NCBI GenBank assembly: GCA_002269645.1
Contig: NIVC01000048.1
Span: 275,427 to 339,426, forward strand
Direction: 5' to 3'
Source: Macrostomum lignano
Taxonomy: Eukaryota
DNA length: 64,000 nt
This document shows, one piece after another, positions 38,627 to 51,600 of the stretch. The notes under the pieces are model-generated. The model saw only the letters and a list, made by a program, of their open reading frames with translations, made no database searches and was not told the DNA's origin. The first letter of the stretch is position 1; each line of letters begins with the position of its first letter. The position numbers were made by a program, and so were the translations under genes.

Positions 38627-41600
38627 TGTAGCAAATCTCATCATTGAATTTCGTATGGATGCATTTTTGTTTAGTTGGGGGTTAGGACTGTTATTGTATA
38701 TTATCGATAATGTATTTTGTTGTAATTTCCGACAGTGCGCCCCAATTTAAAAAGCGCTCTCGCATCAGACCATGTTGGTACTGTAAGCGGGGAAGTGACT
38801 CGGCACCTCGAAATATAAAGTCAGAATTGCGTTTGAATCGCGTTTGATTGACGTCTCGACAAAGTGCAAGTCTTACATTGGCGACCACGCCAGGACCGAA
38901 GTCGTTGGAGCGAGATTGAGCATGTGGAGGCAAGACTTTCTGCAACTTCGTGGCTGAGATGTACTAAGGCCTATACCTACTACAGCCATACACGGCGCCG
39001 CAGCAGCAGCTGCAGCTGCCGGTCGTCCAGAGCAGGACCGAGTAAAACAGAGTTACCACGATCTCCATGAATCTGACACAATTGAAACGCTCGACGATGC
39101 GATCAACAGTGCTGAGACATGCCCAGTAAGGAGACACAGACACAGGTACTATGATCATTTAGCTTCTGCTGATTATGCCGAGCACCGAGTGCAAGTGCAA
39201 CAACGTACAGTGTGAAGCTGCAAGCTCGCCAGATCCACTACAGTCAGAGAGGCAACCTCAACCTACGACAGCATTCCCGCTGCAAGGAGGAGCAACCAAC
39301 AGCAGTAACACCAGGCCGTGCACAGGTATGCCTCACCTGTACCATGGGCAACAGGCAGCACCAACACCAGGGACTCGACTGACACCAATCTATGCAGAGG
39401 CAGTGCATGCTCCAGTGCAGCATCAATTCAGTCAGCCTCCCTTATCACCAGTGCCCAAGCCTGCACCATTCAATAGCTGAGAGAATTTTGACGACTTCCT
39501 AAGCCGAATGTCAGCATTCATGAGTCGGTTCCCAGGATTGGGTGAGCACGGCAAAATTGCAACTTTAATTGCTTATCTAGGACCTGCATTTGCCACGTAC
39601 GCAGCTTGGTTCGACCAGCAGTGCGTCCTGCATGGGTTGCCAGTTGGTTCAAACCTGGAGCACCTCCCTGGAGCACGGTATGACTCACTGCTACAGTTTC
39701 TGCGAGCGCGGTACGGAGGAGCAAAGAGTACAGCCTTGCTTCGGCTTGAGCTTCGAAGTCGATACCGAGGAAAAGATGAAACCTTCGAACAGTTTCTCAC
39801 TGCATTGCAACGCCTGGCTGTCAAAGCATTTCCTGATGCAGGTGCTCACGAGTTCCTTCAACAGGCTGTCTTGGACCAGTTAATCCAGGGCCTAAACAAC
39901 AGCTATGTGTCAGAGCGTCTTCTTAATATGCCAATGGCAGTGACAACAACAGAGCAAGCGCTCCGATGGGCTCAGCAGATCCGCGAGACTCAGCAATTCC
40001 TGGAAGGCCAAGGACATAATCAGCAGCATCAACGCGGCACGGCGACGTCGGCACCCGTGGTGGGATCAGCAGCTCCGCCAATGCATGGACAACGACCTGG
40101 TGGTGAGCACCAGAGTGACCCAACAACATCGTGGAAGCCACTGAATCGACAGCCGCATGCGACCCCAAGACCACCTCAGCAACAGGCCCAAGCTCAAGCT
40201 GGCCATCATCCGTCGCACCGACCAATGCCAGTGTGTTACAGCTGTAATCTGCCAGGTCACATTCGAAGGAACTGCCCAAACGCCAGGGGGGCTGGTCCAC
40301 AGGGCCAGTACCGGCCCTCTCGGCACTGAGCAAATCGGCCCCGCCCTCACGCCCCAGCTGCCAGCCCGGTCAAGCGCGTTTCGTCACCGCGCGCATCTGC
40401 AGACGTCGTCGGCCCTGCTTGATCGACACAGGTGCCGAAGTTTCCTGCATCAGTCTCAACATCGCGCGATCAATCAGGCGGCAGTTCAAACCCAGCAAAA
40501 AAACCATCTATGGCGTGAGTGGCAATCCGGCGAGCGTGCTGGGTGAGATTCATTTGTACTTCTCTCTCGGATCTGTCCAGTTTCAACACACCTTTCTGGT
40601 GGTGACAGACTTAAATGTACCTATAATTCTGGGATGTGACTTTCTTGACAAGCAAGACTGCTTAATTCATCTCGGTTCGGGCTGTCTCGTTTTCAATGGC
40701 CTTGGAGCAACAGTGCCGCTGCGGAAGTCGAAGCAGGCAGCGCAGTCCAGCAAACTGGTGGCGGCAGCAGCAGTTCAGTTACAGCCTGGTGAAGGTTGGA
40801 CCCGTTCCAGTCCGACCGTTGCACGTGACCGCGTGGACAAGTTCGGAGGCACCCGGCATCGTCAACGGTAGCAGGTCATCGAAGGTCTTGATTGCTCGCT
40901 GTGTAGCCAAAATATCGAACAATGGCATGGGCGTCGCAATCATCAACGCTAGCGATGCACCGGTGGCTGTCAGAGAAGGCGACACCATCGGATGGTTCAC
41001 GCCACTCAGCAGCCAAGGCGGGACGCGGCTCCAGTTTACCAGCATGGCAACAGCGACAACCTCAATAGATGGCAATGCACCATGGCTTCGAGAAGTGCAC
41101 ATTGCCGACGAAATTTCAGCGAGTGAACAGCAGCAGATCAGAGACCTCCTTCTGGAATTCAACGACGTGTTTGCATCACCTGGCAACCAGGGCTGCACCC
41201 GTCTGCTGAGCCATACCATCGACACCGGTGATGCGAGACCGATCCGGCAAGGTATACGCCGTGCAGCTCCTACGGCAATCGTGCAGCAAAAAGAGCTGGT
41301 CGAAGACATGCTGAGCAGAGGTGTCATTCAGCCATCATCTTCTCAGTGGGCGTCGCCGATTGTCCTGGTTCGAAAAAAAGACGGCTCGGCACGTTTTTGC
41401 CTCGACTACCGGCAGCTCAACTCGGTGACCAAGCCCGATGCATTTCCAATGCCTCGCGTTTACGACACGCTGGATGCGCTGGAGGGCAACAGTTTTTTCT
41501 CCGCACTCGACCTGGAAAGCGGATATTGGCAAGTTGAAATGAATGAGAAAGACAAAGAAAAAACGGCATTCGTCTGCCACGAAGGCATTTTTGAGTTCAA

Positions 41601-44600
41601 CGTAATGCCATTCGGCCTCCGCAATGCACCAGCTACATTCCAGCGCTTGATGCAATTAGTGCTCGGGGACTCACGTGACAAGCGTGCCTTGTCTTCATAG
41701 ATGATGTTATCGTCATGGGCCGGACGATGGCCGAACACAACAATCGGCTAAGAGCGGTGCTAGAGCGTCTTCGCGAAGCCAACTTGCGTCTTAAGCCGTC
41801 CAAATGTCGTTTCGCCAATTCCAGCATCATCGTTCTGGGTCACCGAGTCTCCAGGACTGGCATCGCAGTCGACGAGTCGAAGACAGCAGCAGTGCGCGAC
41901 TGGCCAAAACCGCACTCGCCAAGGACGTCAAAAGTTTCCTTGGCATGACATCGTACTACAGGAGATTTGTTCGCGACTACGCCAAGATTGCAGAACCGCT
42001 AAGGCGACTGACTCTGACAACCGGCTTTAAATGGACACCAGCCGCCGAAGTGGCCTTCAACCAGTTGAAGCAAGTGCTTACATCCGCGCCGATCCTGGCC
42101 TTTCCGGACACCAGCGACACTGGCGGTGAGTACATCTTGGACACCGACGCCAGTGATTGCGCAGTTGGTGCTGTTTTGTCGCAAATTCAGGCTGGTGAAG
42201 AGCGAGTCGTGGCGTATGCAAGTCGCACGCTGTCTCGGGCTGAACGCAATTACTGCGTGACACGGCGCGAGCTACTGGCAGTTGTCGAATTTGTAAAGAA
42301 ATTTCGAAGTTATCTGCTGGCACGGCCATTCACGATCAGAGTCGATCATCAAGCCCTGACGTACCTGCTGAACTTCAAGGAACCGGAGGGTCAATTAGCG
42401 AGATGGTTGCAAATCCTCGACGAGTTTGACTTCGAGATAGTGTTCCGTCCTGGACGTCAGCACTCGAATGCCGATGCACTTTCACGCCGGACATCGAAAT
42501 GCACGATTCAGTGCCGGGTTTGTCGGCCAGAATCGGCAGCTGAACTACGGAAGCCGTCAGCTACGGTAGCTTGTCAAACGGAGCCAATTGCGGAGACAGC
42601 GAGGCCGGTTGCGAACGTAGCTTGCCAAGCAGAAAAATTCGCTGAAACACCAGTGCAAACGGCATCAACACCCTGTCAAGTGGAAGCTGGTGGTACTAAA
42701 CTCGCGCTGGTCAACGAGGCGACGACAGACCCTGCGCCTTCAGCAGCCGACCCTCAGAACGACCCTAGGACTGCTGGCCGCGCTCCATCTAGACGGAAGC
42801 AGCAGCTGCAGCCGAGGCCAAGCGAAAGCGAGGAGTCCAGCGATAGTGATGACCAGGATGATGATGGCGACAATGAGACCGGCCAGGCGAGAGCAATGCA
42901 GTCGAACGAGTCTCTGACGCTGCGTGAGCGGCAGCTCAAAGACGCTGACATCGGACCAGTATTTCGTCTTCTCGCCAAAGGCAAGACAAGACTCAGCGAC
43001 CAGCAACGAGCCCGACTACCACCAGGGAGCCTGATCCTGGCGCAGAAGATCAAAGAACTATGTTTCGTTGATGGAGCCCTGCACAGACTGGTGGAGTCGA
43101 AGCAGCTGATCGATGAGATTCACGAAGTTGGTCATCTGGGCGAAGCGAAGACACTGGCAGCCCTCAAGTCGAGGTGTTACTGGCCGAAAATGTCCGAGAG
43201 CATCAGAGTTGCAGTCAGAGCATGTCAGGTGTGCCAGCGCGCCAAAACCAGCGGCCATTAGCGGGCACCACTTCGATCGATAGAGAGCAGTTTCCCGATG
43301 CAGCGCATAGGCATCGATGTGGTTAAGATCGGCGTGTCTCGGCATGGAAATGATCGTCTGTTGACGATCATGGACTACTTCACGAAGTGGGTGGAGCTGG
43401 TGCCTACGCCGGATGAGAAAGCAGCAACAATTGCCAGGGCGCTGTTTGACAATTGGGTGTCGCGGTGGGGCGCACCGCACATCCTCCACTCCGACCGTGG
43501 CAAGGCCGTTGACGGGAAAATAATCCGGAGCCTCTGCAGACTGCTCGACGGTACAGAAGACGCGGACGTCTGGTTACCATCCGCAGTGTGACGGTCTGGT
43601 AGAACGGTTCCATCGCATACTCCACCAGATGCTCCGCTGCCACCTTCAGACCGTCCAGTTCGACGAGTGGGAGGAGGTGTTGCCGCACTGTCTCCTTGCT
43701 TACCGCAGTAGTGTCAACGCAACCTCCGGTTTCACGCCGCACTTTCTGATGACGGGCCGAGAGGTGACCTTGCCGCTGGACATTGTCTACCGACTGCCGG
43801 AGCCACCGAGAACTACAGGAAAATTCGCCGCGGACAACCGGGATCGACTGCTCAGCGCCTTCGAATCCGTGAGGCTGGCGACAGCAGCGGCACAAAGACG
43901 GCAGCGGCGCTACTACGACCAGAAGGCGGCGCGGCGCCGTTTTCGAGCAGGCGACCTGGTGTGGCTCTTTGTGCCGCCGTCGGCCCTGTCGCGGACGAGT
44001 GGCCTGCCACGGAAGCATCAGGCACCGTGGACCGGACCGTTTCGAGTTCTGCGGCGTACATCGCCTGTCAATTACCTGGTCCGCCCCGTTGAGTACAAGG
44101 ACGGCGATGCTGGCCGGGTGGTCCACGTCAACAAACTGAAGCGAGCGCATCAGCCACGGCCCCTGGATCAGCCTCGGAGCGGAGCGGCCAGTGACGACAG
44201 CAGTGAGGTGCTTGACGCTGACTGGGTCGTCATTTGATAGAGTGTGAGGATATGGACTGTGCTGAGGTTCCTTGGACTTAAATTGCAGAGTGCACAAATT
44301 TTCCCTAATTGAAGTTCAGCATGTACAATGTTGTAAGTTTTAATCGCAATTTTGTTCGCGTTTTGGCTGCCCCATCTGTCTAGAGTCCTCTTTTGTGTGG
44401 CGGTGGTCGATGCTTGGCGGGTTTTGGACTGTGGGGATTAGTATTGTTCAGTTTGGCCCTTGTTGGCGCAGCCGTGCCGCTGTACTGCATACCCTTTAGA
44501 ATTCTGTTGGAATTTACGGTCGTGTTTTTATTATTGATCTAATTGTGCTGCCCTATTTCAGCTGCTTTAATGCACTTCGCGAAATACTTCAGTGTTACTT

Positions 44601-45414
44601 ATTATTTTCATGCCTTCTGTGTAAATATTTCTTTCGCTTTTATCGCTCAATATTTCAATATCAAAATAATCGCACTATTTTATTAAAAAAATTCTTTTAT
44701 TGCTTCTTATTAAGGCATAACCTATCGATCCAACAATTCGTTCATTTAATCGAAATCGTACCTTTAAATCCCCGATTGCTGTTCCTGGTCCCAATGAAAT
44801 CGCACAATTCAATGTATTCAACTGTCAAGCAAGTTGGCATGTCACAAGTCCCATTTGGGCTGTTTTCATGTGTTTCTAACCCTGTATTGTGCATTTCTGT
44901 GGGGAATCAAGCATCCGAAATGTTATGGAAGCATTGGTTGCCCGTTTCTTTTGCGATGCATCTTGGCTGCTCACAGTGCGGTGCTTCGCCTCTTTTGCCG
45001 ATCTGTAGCATTAAGCCGAGTACTGATGTGCTCACTACTTATATGCATATACCGTGAATTTTGTGTGACTGTAAAATTGTGGTAAACTACATGTAACTTT
45101 CTCCTTGTGTAATGCAGTTTTTTTGCCAATGAGGACATTGTCAATTTCCGTTGGGGGGGATAATGTAGCAAATCTCATCATTGAATTTCGTATGGATGCA
45201 TTTTTGTTTAGTTGGGGGTTAGGACTGTTAATGTATAATATCGATAATGTATTTTGTTGTAATTTCCGACAGTGCGCCCCAATTTAAAAAGCGCTCTCGC
45301 ATCAGACCATGTTGGTACTGTAAGCGGGGAAGTGACTCGGCACCTCGAAATATAAAGTCAAAATTGCGTTTGAATCGCGTTTGATTGACGTCTCGACAAA
45401 GTGCAAGTCTTACA
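38627..45414 (+). mobile_element. Full-length Ty3/gypsy LTR retrotransposon (coding region disabled)
   Basis: 251-bp LTRs tgtag...ttaca at 38627-38877 and 45164-45414. 4-bp TSD cata. PBS tggcgacc, PPT ggggggga. Gag with CCHC (CYSCNLPGHIRRNC), protease IDTGA, RT MPFGLRNAPATFQR/FIDD, RNase H LDTDAS, integrase with GPF. Confidence 0.97.
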
Positions 45415-45947
45415 CATAAATTAATTGAAAACAATGATTAATAATTTTTCACTCTTAAAGCAAACACGCTTGAAGATATTAAACCGATGTAAATTGTAAA
45501 TGAGGCCCGGTTTCAGTCAATTTATTAGAGTGAACAATATTTGAATTCACTTTTGTTATACAAACGTTGCGAAAATTAGACAAATCGATTTGAAACGGGG
45601 TGAACGTGAAAGTTCCTGCAAGCAAACTTCGGCAAGTAAACTTCCCTGTCACTCACCCTGTCCCTGTCATTCCTGTCACTCTCACCCCTGTCCCTCCTGT
45701 CACACAGCCTGTCAACCCTGTAAACCCTGTCACCCCTGTCACCAAAGAACACGAACTTAATGAACATATAAGTATATTTGCTTTTAACCATGATCCATGC
45801 ATTTGTAGCAGCCGATCATTCAATTATCAGTATATTTTAATGCATATTGCTGACAATATTGCTGGAACACAGACTGTCAGTCTTGAATAAATCTGTTTAC
45901 ATGACGCCAGTTTTTATTGCCGTTAATTTTGTTTGCTTATTAATCAT

Positions 45948-46125
45948 CAGCCACTCATAATTGCAGGGGACTCAGCATCAGCTACTCATAATTGCAGGGG
46001 ACTCAGCATCAGCTACTCATAATTGCAGGGGACTCAGCATCAGCTACTCATAATTGCAGGGGACTCAGCATCAGCTACTCATAATTGCAGGGGACTCAGC
46101 ATCAGCTACTCATAATTGCAGGGGA
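45948..46125. repeat. 31-bp minisatellite (cagctactcataattgcaggggactcagcat)
   Basis: 5-6 units, direct reading. Confidence 0.95.
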
Positions 46126-46199
46126 CACGGTAGACTCTCGCGTTGTAGAAACCCGTTCGCGGCCATTTTAAAAGGGTCAAACAGAAAGACATCTACAAA

Positions 46200-46820
46200 G
46201 TCTAAGGTGTCAGATGGGGTGCCAATCTAGAGTCTCAGATGGGCGCCAATCTAGGTGTCAGATGGGCGCCAATCTAAGTGTCAGATGAGGTGCCAATCTA
46301 AGGTGTCAGATGGGGTGCCAATCTAAGGTGTCAAATGGGGTGCCAATCTAAGGTGTCAGATGAGGTGCCAATCTAAGGTGTCAGATGGGGTGCCAATCTA
46401 AGGTGTCAAATGGGGTGCCAATCTAAGGTGTCAGATGGGGTGCCAATCTAAGGTGTCAGATGAGGTGCCAATCTAAGGTGTCAGATGGGGTGCCAATCTA
46501 AGGTGTCAAATGGGGTGCCAATCTAAGGTGTCAGATGAGGTGCCAATCTAAGGTGTCAGATGGGGTGCCAATCTAAGGTGTCAAATGGGGTGCCAATCTA
46601 AGGTGTCAGATGGGGTGCCAATCTAAGGTGTCAGATGAGGTGCCAATCTAAGGTGTCAGATGGGGTGCCAATCTAAGGTGTCAAATGGGGTGCCAATCTA
46701 AGGTGTCAGATGGGGTGCCAATCTAAGGTGTCAGATGGGGTGCCAATCTAAGGGTGTCAGATGGTGCCAAGTCAATGTGAGATGGGGTGCCAATCTAGAG
46801 TGTCAGATGGGCGCCAATAT
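46200..46820. repeat. 25-bp minisatellite (aaggtgtcagatggggtgccaatct) with three alternating variants
   Basis: Direct reading. Confidence 0.95.
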
Positions 46821-47197
46821 AGGGCTTCCTATTGTCAAATGACTTCAATCTCAAGTTTTCGATACTGCAATCGCTGACACCAAAGCCAACCCAGGAAGAA
46901 ACGGGTGCTTCCAGTTGGCAGCCGGTAACAACAGCTCCGTCGCCGTCTCGCCTCGCCACAGTCGTCCACAGCTCGCAGTCTGGTCGAGTGCACCACTGAA
47001 TGCCAGACAGCAGCCAGCTGTGAAATTCCCCCGAAATCTGAAGCTCTGCCGTCAACGGAGGTCAATGGAGATCTCGGTAACTCAGTGGCTAAGTGGTCAT
47101 TGTCCGCGGCTAAGTGGATCGCGACTATCGCCAACATTGAAAATTTGACTCACGCTGCAACAGTGAGCAAAGACTTTGACTGTGGGGATTGTTACTT

Positions 47198-47345
47198 TAG
47201 GCATGGTGACTGTAGGCATGGTGACTGTAGGCATGGTGACTGTAGGCATGGTGACTGTAGGCATGGTGACTGTAGGCATGGTGACTGTAGGCATGGTGAC
47301 TGTAGCATGGTGACTGTAGGCATGGTGACTGTAGGCATGGTGACA
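47198..47345. repeat. 15-bp minisatellite (ggcatggtgactgta)
   Basis: Direct reading. Confidence 0.95.
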
Positions 47346-48284
47346 CGTGCACTGAATCAAGAGTGGCAGGATTTCAGCTGGCCGGGATGACTCAGAGGTT
47401 GAATAATTGAATTCCTAGGCCGATTACCAGGTAGATAGACAGCTTATTCAATGTAGAGAGTTCCAGACGTGTCCCAATGGCTTAGTGACCAAGACTTTAA
47501 CAAGGACTGCAAGGCGATCTCAATAAATAGTACTGTGCTACCCGGCCAAATATGAATAAAGATTTATATTTCAATTGATTCCATCGTCACTGCAGGTTTC
47601 TGTCTGCCCCTGTAAGCCAATTTTTGCCACAATGGCCGTTTGCCATCTGTTTACAATATCAAACAGAGGGGCGCCAGTGATGAGAAGCTTCTTTAGAAAA
47701 GCAAAAGAATGTTAATTATTGCTGCTAAAATGCACTCGCCATATTCAACCCAGCAGAGTCTCAGCTGGCTCGAATGCACACGAGACGAACAGGCGAAAGC
47801 ATTCGGAGAGACGGGGAGAGCCAACCCCCTGTTACTTGGCAACCGATCGTCTGCAACTGCTGCAATTGGGAAGGCCAGCGGGCAGGGTGAAAGAGAAGCC
47901 TGACCAAGTTTAACAATGCATTTTTCTTGCACATTTGAACGCCTTCTCAAACCTGATGCACTGAGGGACTGAGAAGCATTTTACACTGCTCAGTAGGCCA
48001 TGAAAAGCGTTCGCAGACCTCACACTGCACAATGGGTCAGCTCAGCCTCATCAAGTACAGCTTGGGGTGGCCGCTGCAGCCGCAGCCTCTCCGTTGCCAT
48101 GCTGGGTGCACAGAGGCGAAGGCGGCGGACTCAGCGCTCATGCACGGGTGAGAAGATTCGGCTGCAAAGGCCAGGGGTGGTCGGCGCTCGCCAGAGGCTG
48201 CAAAAAGGTGGGCAGCTGAGAGATGAGGCGGTAAAATCTTTCTGGCAACCGGCTGCACAAACCTTTGAAACATCTGTCGCTCTG

Positions 48285-48478
48285 AGTGCAGCCGTGACTG
48301 ACATCTGCCACTCTGACAGCAGCCGTGACTGACATCTGCCGCTCTGACAGCAGCCGTGACTGACATCTGCCACTCTGACAGCAGCCGTGACTGACATCTG
48401 CCGCTCTGACAGCAGCCGTGACTGACATCTGGCACTCTGACAGCAGCCGTGACTGACATCTGCCACTCTAACAGCAGA
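48285..48478. repeat. 31-bp minisatellite (agccgtgactgacatctgccgctctgacagc)
   Basis: About 6 units. Confidence 0.93.
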
Positions 48479-48601
48479 CAATAATCACAGACAGTAAAAG
48501 TTGATTAAAGAAGTAGAGTGATAAAAAAACTACAAATCGTTCGTGACAAGCAATTAAGAATATTCTTTCTAGATCAAACAATCTCTGCTGAACCAAGGAA
48601 A

Positions 48602-51600
48602 ATGCAGGTTGATCACGAGATCAGTGCTGATGAGGCTGCCAGCACAGGAAATATCCAAGCACTCAGACATCATCTCGACCGTCAGATAGGAGAAAAGAAC
48701 ACATATTTTTTTTGCAAAAGGTATTTACCTGATGCTGCATCCCATGGTCACTTAGAACTGGTCAAGTTTCTCGTGCCGACAGTCGCTGACCAAAAACAAA
48801 GAGATTATTGCTGCATCAAAGCTGCCGAATCTGCTGCAGTGAAGGGCCACATTGAAATCGTCAAGTTTCTCGTGCCGACAGTCGCTGACCAAACAAAAAG
48901 AGATGATTGCTGCATCAAAGCTGCCGAATATGCTGCAGTGAAGGGCCACATTGAAATCGTCAAGTTTCTCGTGCCGACAGTCGCTGCGCAAACAATAAGA
49001 GATGATTGCTGCATCAAAGCTGCCGGATCTGCTGGCAGATATGGCCACATTGAAATCGTCAAGTTTCTCGTGCCGACAGTCGCTGACCAAACAAAAAGAG
49101 ATGATTGCTGCATCAAAGCTGCCGGATCTGCTGGCAGATATGGCCACATTGAAATCGTCAAGTTTCTCGTGCCGACAGTCGCTGACCAAACAAAAAGAGA
49201 TGATTGCTGCATCAAAGCTGCCGAATATGCTGCAGTGAAGGGCCACATTGAAATCGTCAAGTTTCTCGTGCCGACAGTCGCTGACCAAACAATAAGAGAT
49301 GATTGCTGCATCAAAGCTGCCGGATCTGCTGGCAGATATGGCCACATTGAAATCGTCAAGTTTCTCGTGCCGACAGTCGCTGACCAAACAAAAAGAGATG
49401 ATTGCTGCATCAAAGCTGCCGAATATGCTGCAATCAAGGGCCACATTGAAATCGTCAAGTTTCTCGTGCCGACAGTCGCTGACCAAACAAAAAGAGATGA
49501 TTGCTGCATCAAAGCTGCCGGATCTGCTGGCAGATATGGCCACATTGAAATCGTCAAGTTTCTCGTGCCGACAGTCGCTGACCAAACAAAAAGAGATGAT
49601 TGCTGCATCAAAGCTGCCGAATCTGCTGGCAGAGATGGCCACATTGAAATCGTCAAGTTTCTCTTGCCGACAGTCGCTGACCAAACAATAAGAGATGATT
49701 GCTGCATCAAAGCTGCCGGATCTGCTGGCAGATATGGCCACATTGAAATCGTCAAGTTTCTCGTGCCGACAGTCGCTGACCAAACAAAAAGAGATGATTG
49801 CTGCATCAAAGCTGCCGGATCTGCTGGCAGATATGGCCACATTGAAATCGTCAAGTTTCTCGTGCCGACAGTCGCTGACCAAACAAAAAGAGATGATTGC
49901 TGCATCAAAGCTGCCGAATCTGCTGGCAGAGATGGCCACATTGAAATCGTCAAGTTTCTCGTGCCGACAGTCGCTGACCAAACAAAAAGAGATGATTGCT
50001 GCATCAAAGCTGCCGAATCTGCTGGCAGAAATGGCCACATTGAAATCGTCAAGTTTCTCGTGCCGACAGTCGCTGACCAAACAAAAAGAGATGATTGCTG
50101 CATCAAAGCTGCCAAATCTGCTGCAGACGAGGGCCACATTGAAATCGTCAAGTTTCTCGTGCCGACAGTCGCGGACCAAACAAAAAGAGATGATTGCTGC
50201 ATCAAAGCTGCCAAATCTGCTGCAGACGAGGGCCACATTGAAATCGTCAAGTTTCTCGTGCCGACAGTCGCGGACCAAACAAAAAGAGATGATTGCTGCA
50301 TCAAAGCTGCCAAATCTGCTGCAGACGAGGGCCACATTGAAATCGTCAAGTTTCTCGTGCCGACAGTCGCTGACCAAACAAAAAGAGATGATTGCCGCAT
50401 CAAAGCTGCCGAATATGCTGCAGTGAAGGGCCACATTGAAATCGTCAAGTTTCTCGTGCCGACAGTCGCTGACCAAACAAAAAGAGATGATTGCTGCATC
50501 AAAGCTGCCGCATCTGCTGCATTCAATGGCCACATTGAAATCGTCAAGTTTCTCGTGCCGACAGTCGCGGACCAAACAAAAAGAGATGATTGCCGCATCA
50601 AAGCTGCCGAATCTGCTGGCAGAAATGGTCACTTTGAAATCGTCAAGTTTCTCGTGCCGACAGTCGCTGACCAAACAAAAAGAGATGATTGCTGCATCAA
50701 AGCTGCCAAATCTGCTGCAGACGAGGGCCACATTGAAATCGTCAAGTTTCTCGTGCCGACAGTCGCGGACCAAACAAAAAGAGATGATTGCCGCATCAAA
50801 GCTGCCGAATCTGCTGGCAGAAATGGTCACTTTGAAATCGTCAAGTTTCTCGTGCTGACAGTCGCGGACCAAACAAAAAGAGATGATTGCTGCATCAAAG
50901 CTGCCGCATCTGCTGCATTCAATGGCCACATTGAAATCGTCAAGTTTCTCGTGCCGACAGTCGCTGACCAAACAAAAAGAGATGATTGCTGCATCAAAGC
51001 TGCCGAATATGCTGCAGTGAAGGGCCACATGGAAATCGTCAAGTTTCTCGTGCCGACAGTCGCGGACCAAACAAAAAGAGATGATTGCTGCATCAAAGCT
51101 GCCAAATCTGCTGCAGACGAGGGCCACATTGAAATCGTCAAGTTTCTCGTGCCGACAGTCGCTGACCAAACAAAAAGAGATGATTGCTGCATCAAAGCTG
51201 CCGAATATGCTGCAATCAAGGGCCACATTGAAATCGTCAAGTTTCTCGTGCCGACAGTCGCTGACCAAACAAAAAGAGATGATTGCTGCATCAAAGCTGC
51301 CGAATCTGCTGCAGTGAAGGGCCACATTGAAATCGTCAAGTTTCTCGTGCCGACAGTCGCTGACCAAACAAAAAGAGATGATTGCTGCATCAAAGCTGCC
51401 GAATATGCTGCAGTGAAGGGCCACATTGAAATCGTCAAGTTTCTCGTGCCGACAGTCGCTGACCAAACAATAAGAGATGATTGCTGCATCAAAGCTGCCG
51501 GATCTGCTGGCAGATATGGCCACATTGAAATCGTCAAGTTTCTCGTGCCGACAGTCGCTGACCAAACAAAAAGAGATGATTGCTGCATCAAAGCTGCCAA

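Noticed and set aside
46795-47137. Short minus-strand ORF with a vague SPRY/Neuralized-like look (SWLLSG...WVGFGVSD)
   Set aside because: Too short, bounded by minisatellites, no convincing splice sites. It needs an HMM search
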